Under the pieces are notes generated by a model that saw only the letters and a program-made list of their open reading frames with translations, was not told the origin of the DNA and ran no database searches. A program made the translations under genes and the position numbers. Below, in pieces: positions 59,842 through 64,000 of a stretch of 64,000 bases of DNA. Numbering within the stretch: position 1 is the first letter of the stretch; each line of letters begins with the position of its first letter. The stretch is from Candidatus Omnitrophota bacterium (GTDB lineage: Bacteria > Omnitrophota > Gorgyraeia > Gygaellales > Profunditerraquicolaceae). Location: assembly GCA_041653955.1 (NCBI GenBank), contig JBAZEH010000005.1:178-64177 (forward strand), written 5' to 3'.

Positions 59842-61770
59842 CTAAATGATCCGGCCCTCCAACTCTTTTATCTTGCTGTCTATTCCACAAATCAGCTCTT
59901 CTATCTCTTTCATGCGGCGTCCGTATTCCCTCGCAGTATCCTCATCACGGTAAATATGAGGACCGGATAAAGCGCGCGCCTTAGCGTAACTCTCCAGGCG
60001 CAGCCCCTCTTTTTCTTTCTCAAGTTTATTGATAATCACGCGCAAAGAAACATTGTGCCCCTTGCGTTTCTTCTCCTCTTCTTTTCTCTTCTTCTCTGCT
60101 TCTTTTAACTTTTGCTTTTCCTGTTCGCGCCTCGCCTTATCCAAGTCAAGAGAAGATCTCTTTCTTTCTATTATCACCTCTTCCGTATCTTTTTTATCAA
60201 GGTAATAATCAAAATTACCTGGGAACTTCCTGATCCTCCCCTCTTTCACCTCAAAGACCGAATTTGCGATAGAACGTACGAAATATATATCATGGCTGAT
60301 AAACACGAGCGTGCCTTCATATTCCGTTAAGGCCCGGACCAGCGCCTCCACTGCGTCCACATCCAGGTGGGTCGTAGGTTCATCCAATAGAAGGAAGTTC
60401 GGGGGGTTTATCAGGAGTTTAGCGAGTATAAGACGGCTCTTCTCTCCTCCTGAAAGCACCTTTACCTTCTTGTCGGAATCATCTCCGGTAAAAAGGAATG
60501 CCCCCAGGATAGTGCGTATGTTTTCTTCGGACATATACCCTGGCGCGGCGGAATATGCCTCCTGCAAAACTGTATTTTCCGGGCTAAGCACATCCATGCG
60601 TGTCTGGGAAAAATACCCTACATCCACATTGTGCCCTACGGTACGCGAGCCTCTGTCAATGCCGGTTACTCCCGCGAGTATCTTTAAAAGCGTTGATTTT
60701 CCTGCTCCGTTCTCCCCGGCCAGCACCGCCTTCTCACCCTGCGTAACCTCAAAATCCAGGCTGTCATATACATTGATATCGCCGTAAGACTTAGAGACCC
60801 CTTCCAGCGCTATCACCTTATAGCCGCTTCTTTGTGTAGGCGGAAAGCGAAAATTTCCTATGCTTTCTCTCGGGTCCCCGGGCACCACGATCTCTTCTTG
60901 CTCTATCCTCTCCAGGACCCTGCGTTTGGCGCGCACTGACGCGGCTTTATTCGGTTGGGCGTGGAAACGCTGCACAAACTTCTCCAGCTGCTTGCGTTTC
61001 TTATCCTGCTCTTTAAATTGCTTTAATAAATGAATGCGCTTTTCCGCTTTTATCCTGTGGTAATGTTCGTAATTACCGCGCACCTTAAAGATAGCGCCGT
61101 TCTCCAGTATAAGGGTATAATTTGTAACTTCATTAAGAAAGGCTTTATCGTGGGAGATCATGACGAATGTGCCGTCAAAACCGGACAGATACTCTTTAAG
61201 CCATAGCGCGGCATTTAAGTCCAGGTAGTTCGTAGGCTCATCCAAAAGCAGGATATCATACTGATAGGTCAGTAGCTTTGCCAGCAGGACGCGCATCTGC
61301 CAGCCGCCGCTCATCTGGGATATAGGCCGGTTGAAATCTCTCTCTTTAAAACCAAGGCCCGCCAGTATCTTCTTTGCCTTATGCTCAAGCACGAAGAATC
61401 CGAGCGTTTCCAGCTTATGTAATATATCTCCGTACTTCTTTGAGCCCGCCTCATTCTTCTCCTCCAGCCTCTCCATCTCTTTCCTGAGGAGCATTATCCG
61501 CCCGTCTCCTTCTATGAGCTCCGACAGAACCGAGGCCTCGGATTTAAAACTCGACTCCTGGGGCAGGTATCCTATATAGGTATTTTTATGGACAGATATG
61601 TTTCCCGCGGAAGGCTCTGTCTCATTGAGGATAAGTGAAAAAAGAGTAGTCTTCCCGGCGCCGTTAGGCCCGATAAGGCCTATCTTTTCTCCCTGGTTTA
61701 TGCTCAAGGAGATATCCTTAAAAAGGATCTTCTGGCCGTAATTTTTGGATAAATTAGTAATAGTGATCAC
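59842..61770 (-). CDS. ABC-F family ATPase (tandem ABC domains with a linker; translation factor-type, Uup/EttA-like)
   Basis: Two Walker A motifs (GPNGAGKTT; GENGAGKST), two signature motifs, a charged inter-domain linker, and a C-terminal basic coiled-coil tail. Confidence 0.85.
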   Translation of the reverse strand: MITITNLSKNYGQKILFKDISLSINQGEKIGLIGPNGAGKTTLFSLILNETEPSAGNISVHKNTYIGYLPQESSFKSEASVLSELIEGDGRIMLLRKEMERLEEKNEAGSKKYGDILHKLETLGFFVLEHKAKKILAGLGFKERDFNRPISQMSGGWQMRVLLAKLLTYQYDILLLDEPTNYLDLNAALWLKEYLSGFDGTFVMISHDKAFLNEVTNYTLILENGAIFKVRGNYEHYHRIKAEKRIHLLKQFKEQDKKRKQLEKFVQRFHAQPNKAASVRAKRRVLERIEQEEIVVPGDPRESIGNFRFPPTQRSGYKVIALEGVSKSYGDINVYDSLDFEVTQGEKAVLAGENGAGKSTLLKILAGVTGIDRGSRTVGHNVDVGYFSQTRMDVLSPENTVLQEAYSAAPGYMSEENIRTILGAFLFTGDDSDKKVKVLSGGEKSRLILAKLLINPPNFLLLDEPTTHLDVDAVEALVRALTEYEGTLVFISHDIYFVRSIANSVFEVKEGRIRKFPGNFDYYLDKKDTEEVIIERKRSSLDLDKARREQEKQKLKEAEKKRKEEEKKRKGHNVSLRVIINKLEKEKEGLRLESYAKARALSGPHIYRDEDTAREYGRRMKEIEELICGIDSKIKELEGRII

Positions 61771-61775
61771 GATAA

Positions 61776-62375
61776 TTAAATCGGACGGCGGGCTTCAAGT
61801 GCCATGGATAAAGTCGTTGCGTCGGCATATTCCAGGTTAGAACCCATAGGTATTCCTATACCTAAACGCATCAGTTTCACTCCCAGCGGGCCTAACAGTT
61901 TAGCAAGGTATAAAGCTGTAGTCTCTCCTTCTGTATCCGCGTCTGTAGCTATAATGACTTCCCGGATACTCCCCTGTTTTATTCTCTGGATGAGGCCATC
62001 TATTTTTAGATCGCTTGGCCCCTTACCGTCCAGAGGCGATATGGCGCCAAGCAGGACATGGTATGCGCCGTTAAATTTTCCGGTCTTTTCTATTGAAGTC
62101 ACGTCTCCCGGGTTCTCAACTACGCATATAATATCCTTCCTGCGGCGCTCATCCTGGCATACGCGGCACAGTTCCTGCTCGCTCAGATTATTGCACACGC
62201 GGCAGAAACGGACATTCTCTTTCACCTTTGCGAGTGCCTCCAAAAGCCCCTGCACCTCCTGGCGGGGAGCGCCAAGGATATAACCGACTATACGTTCGGC
62301 GCTGCGCCTGCCGATGCCGGGCAGCCTAGTCAGCTTCTCTATCAGTTTTTCTATTGATTCGGTATAATTAGGCAT
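61776..62375 (-). CDS. recR: Recombination protein RecR
   Basis: HhH domain, C4 Zn finger (CRVCNNLSEQELCRVC) and Toprim domain. 199 aa. Confidence 0.9.
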   Translation of the reverse strand: MPNYTESIEKLIEKLTRLPGIGRRSAERIVGYILGAPRQEVQGLLEALAKVKENVRFCRVCNNLSEQELCRVCQDERRRKDIICVVENPGDVTSIEKTGKFNGAYHVLLGAISPLDGKGPSDLKIDGLIQRIKQGSIREVIIATDADTEGETTALYLAKLLGPLGVKLMRLGIGIPMGSNLEYADATTLSMALEARRPI

Positions 62376-63973
62376 TATTCCTCTTTTATCACGCGGCCGT
62401 TAAAAGCATCCAGCGCCGACCTGATGAACGCGTCGGATTTATGGCTGTCTTTCTGCTCGATATCTCCGGAAAGCGCGAAATTTACCCTAAGGCTGGTATT
62501 TAATATACCCGAAATAGTCTTCTCTATTATCGCTTTATTTTCTTTTCCTTCCAACGCCTCCTTATGCAGCGAATGGCTCATCGGGAAAGAAACGGTCAGC
62601 ACGCTCTTATCAAACCTCGTAGGGGTGCCTTCGTCAAGATACGTAGCCACCGACATCTTGATATGCGAGAGGCTGTCTATGATATTACGCCATGCCCCTT
62701 TTATACTATCCAAACGGGCAGGCGGCTCCTGCGGCTCGGATTCAAAAGAATGTTTTTCTGTTTCAGGGGGCGTTGTCCCCGGATCTATTTTCTTTATATC
62801 CATTTTAAGCTGTTTATTCAACGCGCGAGGGGCCTCAATATCCCTTGGGCTATTCGGCTTAATAACATTAGAATACGCGCCTTTCTTGTCATGGGCAAGT
62901 TTTACCAGGCTTACCTCAAGGGGGATACGCAAAGAATCAAGCCTCTTGGTCATCTCCTGCGTATTGACCAGGGTATTAAAAGCGCTGAATATCTCCTCCA
63001 AACTAAAGGCATTTGCCTGTTCCAGCAGCCTATCGCATATTTCTTTGGGTAAGTCTATTAGTTTTGGGTCTGCCTGGGTCACCTTGGCGATCATAAGATT
63101 GCGGAAATGTTCAATAAGGTTTATAAGGAAATTACCCATATCCTTTCCGCTGTCAACAATATTATTGAAAGACTCCAGGGCCCCGCGCGCGTCTTTTTTC
63201 ACTATCTTATCAGCGATATCAAAAAGGTTATCCTGTTCCACCAGCCCCAGCATTGAAATAACGTCTTCCAGGGAAACCCGGTCTTTAGCGAACGATATCA
63301 ACTGGTCTAATATGGACTCCGCGTCCCTTAAGGAGCCGTCGCTTGCTTTTGCAATGGCAAACAGGACCTGCGGGTCTACATTATTTATCTTCTCCGCCCG
63401 CGCTATCTTTTCAAGCTGCCCGATGATCTCCATTATGGAAACCCTGCGGAAGTCAAGGCGCTGGCAGCGCGAAAGTATCGTCGGGATGACCTTATGGGGA
63501 TGGGTAGTGGCAAATATGAATTTAACAAAAGGCGGTGGCTCTTCAAGGGTCTTGAGCAAAGCGTTAAAACCTTCCGAAGTGATCTGGTGCACCTCGTCTA
63601 TTATATAGATCTTATATTTACCCTGCGTAGGGGCGAATTTTACGCTCTCTCTAAGCGCCCTTATCTCGTCTATGCCGCGGTTAGAGGCTCCGTCTATCTC
63701 TATAACATCCAGGCTGCGGCCCTGAGCGATATCCAGGCACGCCGGGCAACTATTGCATGGATTTTCCGTAGGCCCGTTCTTGCAGTTAAGCGCCTTGGCT
63801 AATATCCTGGCGGTAGAAGTCTTGCCCACTCCCCTGGGGCCCGAGAACAGGTAGGCGTGAGCCAGCCTGTCTTTATGGATGGCATTCTTAAGAGTGGAGA
63901 CGACAGTATCTTGCCCTATTATTTCGTTAAAATCCTTGGGCCGCCATTTTAAAGCGAATACAGTATATGACAT
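62375..63973 (-). CDS. dnaX: DNA polymerase III subunit gamma/tau
   Basis: N-terminal MSYTVFALKWRPKDFNEIIGQ ... GPRGVGKTS and a Zn module CNSCPAC. There is no ybaB between dnaX and recR. Confidence 0.85.
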   Translation of the reverse strand: MSYTVFALKWRPKDFNEIIGQDTVVSTLKNAIHKDRLAHAYLFSGPRGVGKTSTARILAKALNCKNGPTENPCNSCPACLDIAQGRSLDVIEIDGASNRGIDEIRALRESVKFAPTQGKYKIYIIDEVHQITSEGFNALLKTLEEPPPFVKFIFATTHPHKVIPTILSRCQRLDFRRVSIMEIIGQLEKIARAEKINNVDPQVLFAIAKASDGSLRDAESILDQLISFAKDRVSLEDVISMLGLVEQDNLFDIADKIVKKDARGALESFNNIVDSGKDMGNFLINLIEHFRNLMIAKVTQADPKLIDLPKEICDRLLEQANAFSLEEIFSAFNTLVNTQEMTKRLDSLRIPLEVSLVKLAHDKKGAYSNVIKPNSPRDIEAPRALNKQLKMDIKKIDPGTTPPETEKHSFESEPQEPPARLDSIKGAWRNIIDSLSHIKMSVATYLDEGTPTRFDKSVLTVSFPMSHSLHKEALEGKENKAIIEKTISGILNTSLRVNFALSGDIEQKDSHKSDAFIRSALDAFNGRVIKEE

Positions 63974-64000
63974 CTCAATCCTCTTTAACCATTTCTTTAA

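Noticed and set aside
63185-63205. A-run (GTGAAAAAAGAC) in dnaX considered as the programmed -1 frameshift / transcriptional slippage site that produces the gamma subunit
   Set aside because: The heptamer is not in the A_AAA_AAG register relative to the dnaX frame. It also lies near the middle of a 532-aa protein rather than at the usual domain III/IV boundary. No downstream stem-loop was evident.
1-64000. Looked for CRISPR arrays, rRNA, transposase/integrase genes, and toxin-antitoxin or defence-island signatures
   Set aside because: There are no regularly spaced direct repeats, no rRNA-like segments, and no recognisable mobile-element or defence-system proteins. The only repeats are the short palindromic family described above.

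Overview
This is a 64-kb chromosomal window at roughly 50% GC. It is densely coding, and most genes are housekeeping genes on the minus strand. The gene content indicates a diderm bacterium (LptF/LptG, MlaDEF, LolCDE-like, AmiC-like amidase). It nevertheless keeps Firmicute-style gene order: tmk-holB-ricT and mcsA-mcsB-clpC-radA-yacL-ispD-ispF-cysE-cysS, here interrupted by mlaDEF. RNA genes are tmRNA (ssrA) next to smpB, tRNA-Leu(CAG), and a tRNA that reads as Asn(GUU) but is split in the anticodon loop by a ~245-nt group I intron.

Unusual content, in order of interest:
1) A compact operon encoding a Maf-M48 lipoprotein-peptidase fusion ORF, an unannotated 27-aa very basic peptide with a strong RBS, and a radical SAM/SPASM enzyme. 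This looks like a RiPP-type maturation module.
2) A ZTP (pfl-motif)-like riboswitch in the long leader of pflB-pflA.
3) A family of about 36-nt palindromic repeats (GGGACAC ... GTGTCCC) with at least six copies in intergenic regions. Two inverted copies sit exactly between smpB and ssrA and again upstream of htpX, and an inverted pair brackets a GH94-like glycoside phosphorylase gene.
4) A STAS (anti-sigma antagonist)-PilZ fusion protein next to that cassette.

No CRISPR array, rRNA or obvious transposase is present.
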